The notes under the pieces are model-generated. The model saw nothing but the letters and a program-made list of their open reading frames with translations, searched no databases and was not told the DNA's origin. The position numbers were made by a program, and so were the translations under genes. This document shows, piece after piece, positions 54,174 to 62,887 of a stretch of DNA of 64,000 bases. Origin of the DNA: an uncultured Bordetella sp. (GTDB lineage Bacteria; Pseudomonadota; Alphaproteobacteria; Micropepsales; Micropepsaceae); the NCBI GenBank assembly GCA_964494505.1, contig CAZBRO010000015.1:27876-91875 (forward strand), in the 5' to 3' direction. Positions within the stretch are counted from its first letter, which is position 1; every line of letters begins with the position of its first letter.

Positions 54174-54716
54174 CTACGTTGCCAACAACCGCTCGATCAG
54201 CGGCAGGTAGTGTGCGAAGTCCAGTGTCTTGTATCCCGCGATCTTGGCCTGATCGTCCCATTGCCTCAGGAGCACCGCCTCGCGGAAATAAGGTTCGGCT
54301 TCGAATGCCTCCGTTTCGGCGGGCGACATTTGCCCGCCTTGGAGGCGAAGCGTCACGACGGATGCCGGGCTGAGCGTGGCGAAGTAAGCCGGGTCCATCG
54401 CACACAGATATCGCTTGGCCGGAACGTGGAGGCGCACGGGTTCGCAGACGTCTGGACCGAAACGCAACGCCAGCCACCGGCTGCCGATCCGTTCGTGGCC
54501 GGCATCGGTCTTCCAATCCGCGATATCTCCCGGCACGGGCTCGATCAGGTGACCGATGTCATGCAACAGCGCCGCAATGACGAGGCCATCGGGTGCATTT
54601 GAGCGTTGCGCGAAACGGGCGGCCTGCAGGCTATGCTCGGTGACGGTCACAGGCTCGCCAAAGTAGGCTGCCGCGCCGCGGCCGCAATAGATCGATACGA
54701 GTTGGTCCGTTGTCAT
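54174..54716 (-). CDS. HD-domain protein, PhnZ/TmpB-like (phosphonate-cluster-associated HD family)
   Basis: ATG 54716 overlaps the TGA of the sulfotransferase gene (ATGA). TEHSLQAARFAQRSNAPDGLVIAALLHDIGHL...HERIG matches the H...HD...H pattern and the local context of the PhnZ-type diiron oxygenases (EH.LQ.A..A...GA....V.AALLHDIGH). Confidence 0.8.
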   Translation of the reverse strand: MTTDQLVSIYCGRGAAAYFGEPVTVTEHSLQAARFAQRSNAPDGLVIAALLHDIGHLIEPVPGDIADWKTDAGHERIGSRWLALRFGPDVCEPVRLHVPAKRYLCAMDPAYFATLSPASVVTLRLQGGQMSPAETEAFEAEPYFREAVLLRQWDDQAKIAGYKTLDFAHYLPLIERLLAT

Positions 54717-56731
54717 TGCAGCTCCCGGTACCGAACCAAGGCGTCCCCGAGGGCGTTCCTGAGCGGGCCGAGCCAGGGCTCGTACTTCTTCCATTGCTCG
54801 ATGCCGTCACGGAAGATCGGCTGCCGAACCTGCTCGGAACTCGGCGTGCGAACGCTGCGCCTGGTCTTGTGGAAATCGATGCACGCGGGCTCGAACGCAA
54901 GGCCGCAATAATCCAGCATCCGCCGCACGCTGCCCTCCAGATCGGCAACCACGTCTTCGTAGTGGACACGCAATATGCGCCCGGGCAGCACCGCATCCCA
55001 GTGCTCCATCAACGCAAGATAAGTCCGGTAGTAGCGCGAGATGTCCTCGATGCTGTAGGTGAATTCCTGCCCGTTGGCGAAAAGCTGCTTCAAATTGCTG
55101 AAGCAGCAAGCCATGGGCTCCCGCCGGGCATCGATGATCCGTGCATTGGGCAGCATCAAGTGGATCAGGCCGATATGCCGGAAATTGTTCGGCATCTTGT
55201 CGATGAAAAAGGCCTTTCCGGTCCGGTAGACTTCCGTATCGGTCAGGTATTTCTCCCCGAGCCTAGCGAAATCCTCTTTGGTCATGTTCGCCAAGGCGGC
55301 CGGATAACGCGGATGATCGAAATCCGGATCGCGTCCCTGGATATCGAGGACAATCCGCTGAATGTCCGCGAGTTCCTGCGTGCCTTCTACCTGTGAATGA
55401 GAGGCAAGGATCTGCTCGATTAGTGTGGAACCCGACCGAGGCAGGCCGAGAATGAATATCGGGTCTCGGCGCGAGGTGCCCCACCCGGTTCGATGCTGGA
55501 AGAAATCCCGCGTGCAGATTTCGATCTGCCTGACCGTATTGTTCTCGATGATTTCGGGGTGGTAGCGGCTTTCCGAACGCTTCAAAGCGTTGCCCCGGTC
55601 GTAGTAGCGCCAGGATTCGGTTGTCTCACCGGCGTCCTCCAGGCCCTTGCCGAGCGCGAAACACAAATGATAGCGATCGACCAGAGACGTCGCCGGCGAG
55701 GCTTCTCCGGCGCGCATGAGAGCGACCTCCGCGTCATCGAAGCGATACATTTTCAGGTTTGCCAAACTCCAGTAGGCGTCGCCGAAATCCGGCCGCGCCG
55801 CGGCCGCCGCGCGATAGGCGTCGATCGCCTCCGATACTCGGCCGACCGTCTTCAACGCGTGTGCGATCCATAGGTGCACATCCGGGGATTCAGGCGCGGC
55901 GAGGAGCAGCTCCCGATAGAGCCCGATCGCCTTCTCGTGCTCCCCGAGGCCGACGGCGATTTGAGCCGCAAGGGAGCGGTATTCCGGATTGCTCGGCTCC
56001 AGGTCCAGCAACCGCCGGATTTGCTCGCGGGCCTCCCGGTATTTATGCCGCTGCACCAGGGTCTGCGCATAATCGTATCGAGCCGGCCGATAATCGGGCT
56101 CGAGCGTCAGGACCGCTTCAAGCAGCAATTCGGCGTCATCGAGAACATCGCGGGCCATCCCGATCTTTGCCAGCAGGCGCATCGCCTCGGGGTGGTTGCC
56201 GTGCGCCAAGAGAAATGCACGCACGATCTGCTCCGCCGGCGCCAGGTCCCCATCGGAAAAAAGGGAGGTTGCGGTCACCACTTCGGGCGGCAGCCGCTTG
56301 AGCGTCGCGACGTGGGCGGCGGCGGTGGACGCGTTCTGGGCGTCTCCCGTCATCCGATACAAGCCCTCAAGCATCCTCCAGCTCGAAGGCAAAGCAGGGT
56401 TGATGTTCACGCCGCGCAGGAAGGCATCGATCGCCCGCGGAGCATCCTTGAGCACGACGTAGCACAGGCCCCGCTCCTGATGCATCCGGCTGAACCGCGG
56501 TTGCAGTTGTTCCAGGCGATCGAGCGTCGCCAGGGCCTCAGGTATGCGCATGAGGTGCCGCAGGCTGATCGCCTCGATCAGCAGGAGATCGCGATTGTCC
56601 GGCAGGCTACAAACCAGTGCCTGCGCGCTTCGCAACGCCTCGGCATGGCGGCCACCCCTCTGCAATTCGCGCAGCCGGCGGACTTCCAATTCGATCGGAG
56701 ACGAAGGTGGGGCGGCTGCAGTCGCTTCCAT
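54713..56731 (-). CDS. TPR-repeat protein fused to a sulfotransferase domain
   Basis: The N-terminal roughly 400 aa are TPRs. Then ILGLPRSGSTLIEQILASHSQVEG (the PAPS 5-prime-phosphosulfate binding loop PRSGST), FIDKMPNNF and RDPI-type blocks of the Sulfotransfer_3-like family. No signal peptide. Confidence 0.9.
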   Translation of the reverse strand: MEATAAAPPSSPIELEVRRLRELQRGGRHAEALRSAQALVCSLPDNRDLLLIEAISLRHLMRIPEALATLDRLEQLQPRFSRMHQERGLCYVVLKDAPRAIDAFLRGVNINPALPSSWRMLEGLYRMTGDAQNASTAAAHVATLKRLPPEVVTATSLFSDGDLAPAEQIVRAFLLAHGNHPEAMRLLAKIGMARDVLDDAELLLEAVLTLEPDYRPARYDYAQTLVQRHKYREAREQIRRLLDLEPSNPEYRSLAAQIAVGLGEHEKAIGLYRELLLAAPESPDVHLWIAHALKTVGRVSEAIDAYRAAAAARPDFGDAYWSLANLKMYRFDDAEVALMRAGEASPATSLVDRYHLCFALGKGLEDAGETTESWRYYDRGNALKRSESRYHPEIIENNTVRQIEICTRDFFQHRTGWGTSRRDPIFILGLPRSGSTLIEQILASHSQVEGTQELADIQRIVLDIQGRDPDFDHPRYPAALANMTKEDFARLGEKYLTDTEVYRTGKAFFIDKMPNNFRHIGLIHLMLPNARIIDARREPMACCFSNLKQLFANGQEFTYSIEDISRYYRTYLALMEHWDAVLPGRILRVHYEDVVADLEGSVRRMLDYCGLAFEPACIDFHKTRRSVRTPSSEQVRQPIFRDGIEQWKKYEPWLGPLRNALGDALVRYRELQ

Positions 56732-56798
56732 GGGGCCGGGTCGAAACAGGAACAGGCGGGCGTTGCCGCCCGCCTGAGAACATTGGCAGAAATTCTCG

Positions 56799-59480
56799 TC
56801 AATAATTATACCCGATCTTCATGCCGATTACGCGCGGCCGCAGCGGGACCTCCGATTTGATGAACTGCGCGGAGGAGGTAAACGTGCTGGCGTGAGAGTT
56901 GTTGAGATTTGTGCCGTAAAGCTGCACGTACCATTTATCCATGGCGATTCCGAAGGATGCATCGACGGTCGTGTAAGCCGGCTGAAGGTAGCGCAGGAAC
57001 GTCGTGTTCGGGATCGCCACGCCCGTCCCCGAGAGATAGGTTGCGGGCTGATTGTACATACTGCCCGTGTAGCTGAGGCCCACCATCGCGAAGGCCGCAT
57101 AGCCTCCCATCTCCCAATCATAGCGCGCACGCACATTGCCCTGGAATTTCGGCGAGAAGGCCGGAACCGTGCCGGGGGCGCCGAACGGGTTCTGGAAGGG
57201 CACCAGCCCAACCCCTTTCTGGACAATTTGCGTGATGCATTGGCCGAACGCCGGGGTTCCGGAGATATTGTCCACCAGGCATGGCGAGTTCGACTGCGTG
57301 TCGTCATTGTAGGACCCAGAGCCCTGCAACGTCAGTTCGTCGGTCAGCCGGGCGACGAGTTGCACCTCCGCGCCTTTGACTTCGTAGTTCGGGCCGTTGA
57401 CGCCAAAGGTGGTATTGCCGAGTTCCGTAGGATTGAAGAACAGGAACTGCACATTGTCCCAGGTCATGTAATAGGCTGACAGGTCCAGCTGCACGTGGCG
57501 ATCGAGAAACTCGCTCTTCAGGCCCACCTCGTGATTGGTGAGAGAGTCCGGGGCGTAACTATTAGGCTTTCTGAACTGCGCAGGATTGCCGGTGCCCGGC
57601 CCAGGGGCCACGTTGCTGACCGACCGGTTGAACCCACCCGGGCGGAAGCCCTGCGAGAATGTGTAATACACCATCGTGTCCGGCGTCACGTGCCACGTCA
57701 CATTCGCCCGGCTCTTGAAACCCGTATAAACGGTGTGGTCGTTCGCGGCGTCGATGTTGACCAAACCGCCCGTGCATTGCCCGTTCGGCACGTTCAGACA
57801 GCCTGTGCCCGTGCCATATTGGGATCCCACCTCGAACTCCGAATACCGGTACCAACGTGTTCCACCGGTCACCGTAAGAACGTTCGGGATAATGTCGTAA
57901 TCGACCGAGCCGAAAAGCGCCCATTGGTGATAGCCGCGTTGTGTGTCTTCGCCGAAGGCCGTTGAGTCGCTGCGAATGCCCGGAACGTTGGCGGTCGAAC
58001 CCGGAGCGGTGTGGACGTCGGCAACGCAGACCGGACCGCCGGAGAGCGCTATCGAGAGATTTGCCGAGGTGCAAGCGGGAATGGTCTTATAGTTGAAATT
58101 CATCACATCGAAGATGTTGAACTCTTCCTGGAAGGCGCCGGCGATCGCGCGCACACGCCACGTGTCGGGGGTGCTGAGTCGCACCTCATTGCTGAAATGG
58201 GTGTTCCTGACCGTGTCCTGCCAATAACCGAGCGGGGAATAACAGGTTGGCGGCGCGGTGCCCCAGCCGGTGGAGCCGCCGGTGCATTGGTAATACATGC
58301 CGCCGCCGGTGCGGGAATAGTTCGCGTAATCCATCTGCTGCGAGAATCGCCGCACCGTGTAACCGCCAGTGTACACCGCCGTAAGGTCGCCGACCTTGCC
58401 GTTGATGGTCCAGGCCGTGTTCTGGAATTTGTCTTTTTCGTAGGAGGGCGTGAAAGCCGTGACCTGAAGCGATTTCAACGGTTGGAAGTCCGAGCCGGTG
58501 GGGTATTCGACCGACAGGCCCTGGGCGTCCAGATCCTGCAAACTCTCCGAGATCAGCACATTCCAATCGTCATCGACCTTGTAGAGCGCAGACAAACGCG
58601 CACCGGTGTAAGTGGCAGGATTGAAATTCTTCTGTGCCGTTGTGTAATTATTGCCTTGCGGCGCGTTCGCGAGCGTGCACAGGCCCGCCGGACCGGGTGG
58701 CAGATGGTTGGGACAGAGACCCGCAGTCGGCGTGATATTGAAATAATAATTGCCGAGGTCGGTATTTGAACGGGTGAAAGTACTCGGCACATTGTCGATA
58801 TAGCCGCCTTGATGATCGTTGTAGATCACAATGCGGGCGGCGAGCTTGTTGTCGATCACGGGCAGGTTGAGGGTGGCATTCACACTGTTGTTCGGGTCGC
58901 CGCTTGCTGTGAAGCCATAGCTCGCCTCGGCCTTGCCTTCGATGACGTCGAGCTTCGGCTTGTTGGTGATGTAGCGCACGGCGCCCGCTTCCGCGCCGCC
59001 GCCGAACAGCGTTCCCTGCGGACCTTCGAGAACCTCGATATGATCTATGTCCACCACATAGATGTCGGCATTGCGCGCCGGGAACTGCATCGATTGGTCG
59101 TCCAGATACAGCGCGACATTGGGGAAATTTGCGATCGTGGCGCTGGATTGGTTGCCGCGAAAACCGGCGCTCAGGCCGCGCATGAAGATTTCGCCCTGAC
59201 CGGGGCCGTTGTTTCCATAGGAGACGTTGGGTGTGAACTTCAGGATGTCATCGAACGTCGAGACGTTCAGATCGATCAACGTTTGGCCTGTGAACGCCTG
59301 GATGGTTGTGGGGACGTTCTGCACGTTTTCGTCCCGGCGCTGAGCCGTGACCGTTACCGATTCAATGCCGGAAAACTGGGTGTCCGCGGCAACAACCTGC
59401 GCGTCGGCTGCTGTTGTTGCACTTCCCCATGCGCTAAGGATCGCCGCAGCAGCACAGGAAATCTTATATTTGCCTTTCAT
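56799..59480 (-). CDS. TonB-dependent receptor (TBDR3)
   Basis: ATG 59480 gives MKGKYKISCAAAAILSAWGSATTAADA. Motifs: VTVTAQRRDENVQNVPTTIQAF, IDHIEVLEGPQGTLFGGGAEAGAVRYITNKP. The C-terminus is ...KIGYNY. It lies 67 nt upstream of the TPR-sulfotransferase on the same strand. Confidence 0.9.
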   Translation of the reverse strand: MKGKYKISCAAAAILSAWGSATTAADAQVVAADTQFSGIESVTVTAQRRDENVQNVPTTIQAFTGQTLIDLNVSTFDDILKFTPNVSYGNNGPGQGEIFMRGLSAGFRGNQSSATIANFPNVALYLDDQSMQFPARNADIYVVDIDHIEVLEGPQGTLFGGGAEAGAVRYITNKPKLDVIEGKAEASYGFTASGDPNNSVNATLNLPVIDNKLAARIVIYNDHQGGYIDNVPSTFTRSNTDLGNYYFNITPTAGLCPNHLPPGPAGLCTLANAPQGNNYTTAQKNFNPATYTGARLSALYKVDDDWNVLISESLQDLDAQGLSVEYPTGSDFQPLKSLQVTAFTPSYEKDKFQNTAWTINGKVGDLTAVYTGGYTVRRFSQQMDYANYSRTGGGMYYQCTGGSTGWGTAPPTCYSPLGYWQDTVRNTHFSNEVRLSTPDTWRVRAIAGAFQEEFNIFDVMNFNYKTIPACTSANLSIALSGGPVCVADVHTAPGSTANVPGIRSDSTAFGEDTQRGYHQWALFGSVDYDIIPNVLTVTGGTRWYRYSEFEVGSQYGTGTGCLNVPNGQCTGGLVNIDAANDHTVYTGFKSRANVTWHVTPDTMVYYTFSQGFRPGGFNRSVSNVAPGPGTGNPAQFRKPNSYAPDSLTNHEVGLKSEFLDRHVQLDLSAYYMTWDNVQFLFFNPTELGNTTFGVNGPNYEVKGAEVQLVARLTDELTLQGSGSYNDDTQSNSPCLVDNISGTPAFGQCITQIVQKGVGLVPFQNPFGAPGTVPAFSPKFQGNVRARYDWEMGGYAAFAMVGLSYTGSMYNQPATYLSGTGVAIPNTTFLRYLQPAYTTVDASFGIAMDKWYVQLYGTNLNNSHASTFTSSAQFIKSEVPLRPRVIGMKIGYNY

Positions 59481-59617
59481 GTATTTCCCCAAAAGAAGCC
59501 GATAAAGGCTGCCTATACATGCTGTAGGGACGACAGCACCCCGCGCCCGCGCTCCAACCAGCGCACGCTAATCAAACGATTACGTATCCCCCAGCGCAGA
59601 AACCATAGGGATGCGAT

Positions 59618-59635
59618 ATGATATTTGGGTGACAG
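59618..59635 (-). promoter_or_regulatory. Pho-box-like direct repeat oriented toward TBDR3
   Basis: The minus strand reads CTGTCAC-ccaa-ATATCAT (7/7 to the CTGTCA(C/T) variant, then 5/7) with the canonical 4-nt A/T-leaning spacer. It is about 140 nt upstream of the TBDR3 ATG. Confidence 0.35.
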
Positions 59636-59697
59636 GAAATTTGCAGGACGATGAATAGATACGAAAACCGTTCTCTAAACATTCTGCCTGACCGCGC

Positions 59698-59715
59698 TTG
59701 TGACGGCGGTGTCAT
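59698..59715 (+). promoter_or_regulatory. Pho-box-like direct repeat oriented toward the phospholipase C gene
   Basis: TTGTGAC-ggcg-GTGTCAT (4/7 and 6/7). It is 77 nt upstream of ATG 59792. Confidence 0.3.
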
Positions 59716-59791
59716 AATGATTGCTTACTAAGCGCTGTGGCATCTTGTGTTGGGGGTGCCTGGACGCGAAGAGGCAGGCAATATTCCGATT

Positions 59792-61831
59792 ATGACAGAC
59801 CGCGATCGCCGAGAATTCATAAAGCAGGTTGGGCTTGCCGTTGGCGCGTGGTCATCGGTGATTCAGAGTGCGTTGGCGGCGCCTGCCAACCGCCGTAACG
59901 GCAGCGTCATGGATGTCGAACATGTCGTCATCCTGATGCAGGAAAACCGCGCCTTCGATCATTATTTCGGCACCCTGCGCGGCGTGCGCGGCTTTTCCGA
60001 TCCAAGGGCCGTGACGCTTCCTTCGAGAGACCTCGTGTGGCGTCAGCCGGCGCCGGATGGTCAAACCATCTCGCCCTTTCATCTTGATGCCATCGGCACG
60101 GCGGCGCAGTGGCTGCCAAGCCTGGATCACAGCTGGAAAGGCAGTCATGCGCGCTGGCAGCACCATGACGCCTGGATCGCCGCCAAGGGGCCGATGACAA
60201 TGGGATATTTTTCCCGGGCCGATCTGCCATTCTATTATGCGCTCGCCGATGCTTTCACGATCTGCGACGCCTATCATTGTTCGATTTTCGGGCCGACCAA
60301 TCCCAATCGGATGTTCCTGTTTACGGGCACCAACGGCTTGGCCGTCGGCGATGACGGACCGCAGGCCATCGAAAATCCGAGCGACGAAGCCAATGAGACG
60401 GCAGATCCTGCCAACGATTCGAGAGCCTTCGTGCCTTACCGCTGGACAACCTATGCCGAGCGGCTAAGCGCTGCCGGGATCGATTGGCGCGTTTATCAGG
60501 AATATGACAATTTTGGTGACAACGCGCTGGCGTATTTCGCGCGCTTCCGCGATCTGGACCGCGATTCCGATTTCTATCGGCGGGCGCGGCGTTGGGCGGA
60601 GAGTTCTAACGCCACCAATGCCAAACAATCTCTGGGTGAGCATTTGGTGGCGGATTTCGCCGCCGATGTGGCGGCGGGAACGCTGCCTCAGGTGAGTTGG
60701 ATCGTCGCGCCCACTATCGCCAGCGAACATCCGGAGGCGCCCCCGGCAATCGGCCAGGCGCTGGTCGCAAGGCTGCTGGCAGCGCTCGCGGCCTATCCGC
60801 AAGTGTGGGCCAAGACCGTGTTCATTCTGAATTATGACGAGAATGACGGCTTTTTCGATCATATTCCGCCGCCGGTGCCGGCAATTACGCCGGCGATGGG
60901 CAAGAGCACGGTCAGCGTGGCGGGAGAGATTTACAAGGGCGAGCTGGTTGGCCTGGGCCCGCGAGTGCCAATGCTGATCGTTTCCCCCTGGACCAAAGGC
61001 GGCTTCGTCAATTCGCAGGTGTTCGACCATACCTCGGTGATCCGCTTTCTCGAAGCCCGCTTCGGCGTCTCCGAGCCGAATATCACGCCTTGGCGTCGCG
61101 CGGTCTGCGGCGATTTGCTTTCGGCCTTCGATTTTGCCGCCGATGCGGACAGGGGTGACTGGAGCGCGGCGTTGCCCGACACGGCAGGCTACGCCGATAC
61201 AGCGGCTGCAGCCCGCGCCTTGCCGCCCGCGGTGCGTCCGCAAGCGGGCGCATTGCCGGCGCAGGAAAAAGGACAGCGTCCCGCCCGGCCTTTGCCTTAT
61301 GCGCTGGACGTGACGGGGAGCCCCAGCGACGGGGCCTTCGCTTTGACCATCGCCAATCGCGGAACGGCCGGCGCCTGTCTTGCGGTTTATGCGGATGGTG
61401 CCGGCCCCTGGTTCTACACCTGCGAGGCCGGCCGAACGCTCGGCGATCGACTTCCCATCTCGGCCGGCGGCTATGGCTTTCGGGTGCATGGTCCAAACGG
61501 CTTTCTGCGCGTGTTCCAGGATGCGGCGCCCTTTGCCGCCATCGGGATAGAAACCCGCTACGACGCGACGACGCAGGAACTGGTTCTCATGCTGCGCAAT
61601 TCCGCCGTGGCGGCGCGCGAGATTGTCACCCGGCCGCTTGCTTACTCGGGAGCATCGGCCCGTCGTTACCGCCTTGCCCCTGCTGAAATGTTGGAGGACC
61701 GTTGGGCGATCGCAGCCAGCGACCATTGGTACGATATTGAACTGCGCAGCGGCTCGGCAATCTGGCAGTTGGCCGGGCACATCGAGACAGGCCGAATTAG
61801 CCGCAGCGATCCGGCCATCGGTTCAAGTTGA
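59792..61831 (+). CDS. phosphocholine-specific phospholipase C / acid phosphatase family (PlcN/AcpA type), Tat signal
   Basis: MTDRDRREFIKQVGLAVGAWSSVIQSALA is a Tat signal. VEHVVILMQENRAFDHYFGTLRGVRGFSDP and NYDENDGFFDH are Phosphoesterase-family hallmarks. A C-terminal tandem beta-domain region follows. Confidence 0.9.
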   Translation: MTDRDRREFIKQVGLAVGAWSSVIQSALAAPANRRNGSVMDVEHVVILMQENRAFDHYFGTLRGVRGFSDPRAVTLPSRDLVWRQPAPDGQTISPFHLDAIGTAAQWLPSLDHSWKGSHARWQHHDAWIAAKGPMTMGYFSRADLPFYYALADAFTICDAYHCSIFGPTNPNRMFLFTGTNGLAVGDDGPQAIENPSDEANETADPANDSRAFVPYRWTTYAERLSAAGIDWRVYQEYDNFGDNALAYFARFRDLDRDSDFYRRARRWAESSNATNAKQSLGEHLVADFAADVAAGTLPQVSWIVAPTIASEHPEAPPAIGQALVARLLAALAAYPQVWAKTVFILNYDENDGFFDHIPPPVPAITPAMGKSTVSVAGEIYKGELVGLGPRVPMLIVSPWTKGGFVNSQVFDHTSVIRFLEARFGVSEPNITPWRRAVCGDLLSAFDFAADADRGDWSAALPDTAGYADTAAAARALPPAVRPQAGALPAQEKGQRPARPLPYALDVTGSPSDGAFALTIANRGTAGACLAVYADGAGPWFYTCEAGRTLGDRLPISAGGYGFRVHGPNGFLRVFQDAAPFAAIGIETRYDATTQELVLMLRNSAVAAREIVTRPLAYSGASARRYRLAPAEMLEDRWAIAASDHWYDIELRSGSAIWQLAGHIETGRISRSDPAIGSS

Positions 61832-61903
61832 TCCCGTCCAACATTGTTGACCGGAATCCTAACGCTCCAATATCGTCAGACTCCTAGCGAGCGAGTGATC
61901 ACA

Positions 61904-62704
61904 ATGGATCTTGAATTGGCCGGGAAAGTTGCGGTGGTGACCGGCGGCAGCCATGGCATCGGCAAGGCCATCGCGCGGGCGCTGTCGCGTGAAGGCGCCG
62001 ATCTCGCCCTGGTCGCACGCAATGTACACGACGCTGAAGCAACTGCGGCGGAGCTTGGCAATGAAACCGGACGGATCGTGCGTGCCTATAGCGCGGATAC
62101 GGGTGATGACGAGGCCGTGCGACAAGCCTTCGCGCAAATCGTGAATGACTTTGGGCGACTCGATATTCTGGTGAATGCGGCAGCAAAGCCCGGCGGGCAA
62201 GCTCCGCCACCCAAACTTGCCGAAATCACCAACGAGGATTTCTGGTCCGACGTCAACGTGAAGGTGCTCGGTTACTTGCGGTGCGCTCGCGAGGCTGCTC
62301 CTCACATGTTGAAACGCCGCTGGGGACGCATCATCAATATTAGCGGTCTGGCTGCTCGATCGACAGGCTCGATCATCGGCAGCATCAGGAACGTCGGGGT
62401 CGCGGCTCTCACCAAGAATCTCGCCGATGAGTTGGGTCCCGGCGGCATCAACGTGGTTTGCGTTCATCCAGGCGTGACGCGTACCGAAAAGACCCCTGGA
62501 GTCATCCATCGCCGCGCAGAAGCCGCGGGCGTTACGGTGGACGAGATCGAACGGCGTATGGCAGAGACAAACACAATCCGTCATATGGTGACGGCAGAAG
62601 AGGTCGCAGACGTTGTCGCTTTTCTGGCTTCGCCCAGATCGGTCGCGATCAATGGCGACGCGATTGCGGCGGGGGGCGGCATGCCGGGTGCCATCTACTA
62701 CTGA
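61904..62704 (+). CDS. short-chain dehydrogenase/reductase family protein (atypical: no obvious YxxxK)
   Basis: GKVAVVTGGSHGIGKAIA (TGxxxGIG), NAAA, and INISGLAARS...GSIRNVGVAALTKNLADEL. I find Gly and Asn where classical SDRs carry the catalytic Tyr and Lys upstream of the LTK block. Confidence 0.8.
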   Translation: MDLELAGKVAVVTGGSHGIGKAIARALSREGADLALVARNVHDAEATAAELGNETGRIVRAYSADTGDDEAVRQAFAQIVNDFGRLDILVNAAAKPGGQAPPPKLAEITNEDFWSDVNVKVLGYLRCAREAAPHMLKRRWGRIINISGLAARSTGSIIGSIRNVGVAALTKNLADELGPGGINVVCVHPGVTRTEKTPGVIHRRAEAAGVTVDEIERRMAETNTIRHMVTAEEVADVVAFLASPRSVAINGDAIAAGGGMPGAIYY

Positions 62705-62887
62705 TAGCGGTAGGCGTACCCCCGGCAATGCATCCATAGGTAGCAAATCTACAGCGAACAGAGGGGCGCCACCGCCCACCGCGCGATACCCTGAAAGTTG
62801 ACGCAGCCGGCAGCGCAAATTGATCTGGCGCAACGACAGAGCTGGCCGCACAGCCTTTATTGCATCGGGATTTCTGGAGCGCCGCCG

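Noticed and set aside
60464-61780. 438-aa minus-strand ORF
   Set aside because: It is antisense to the phospholipase C gene. The product is Arg/Gly/Ala-rich and featureless.
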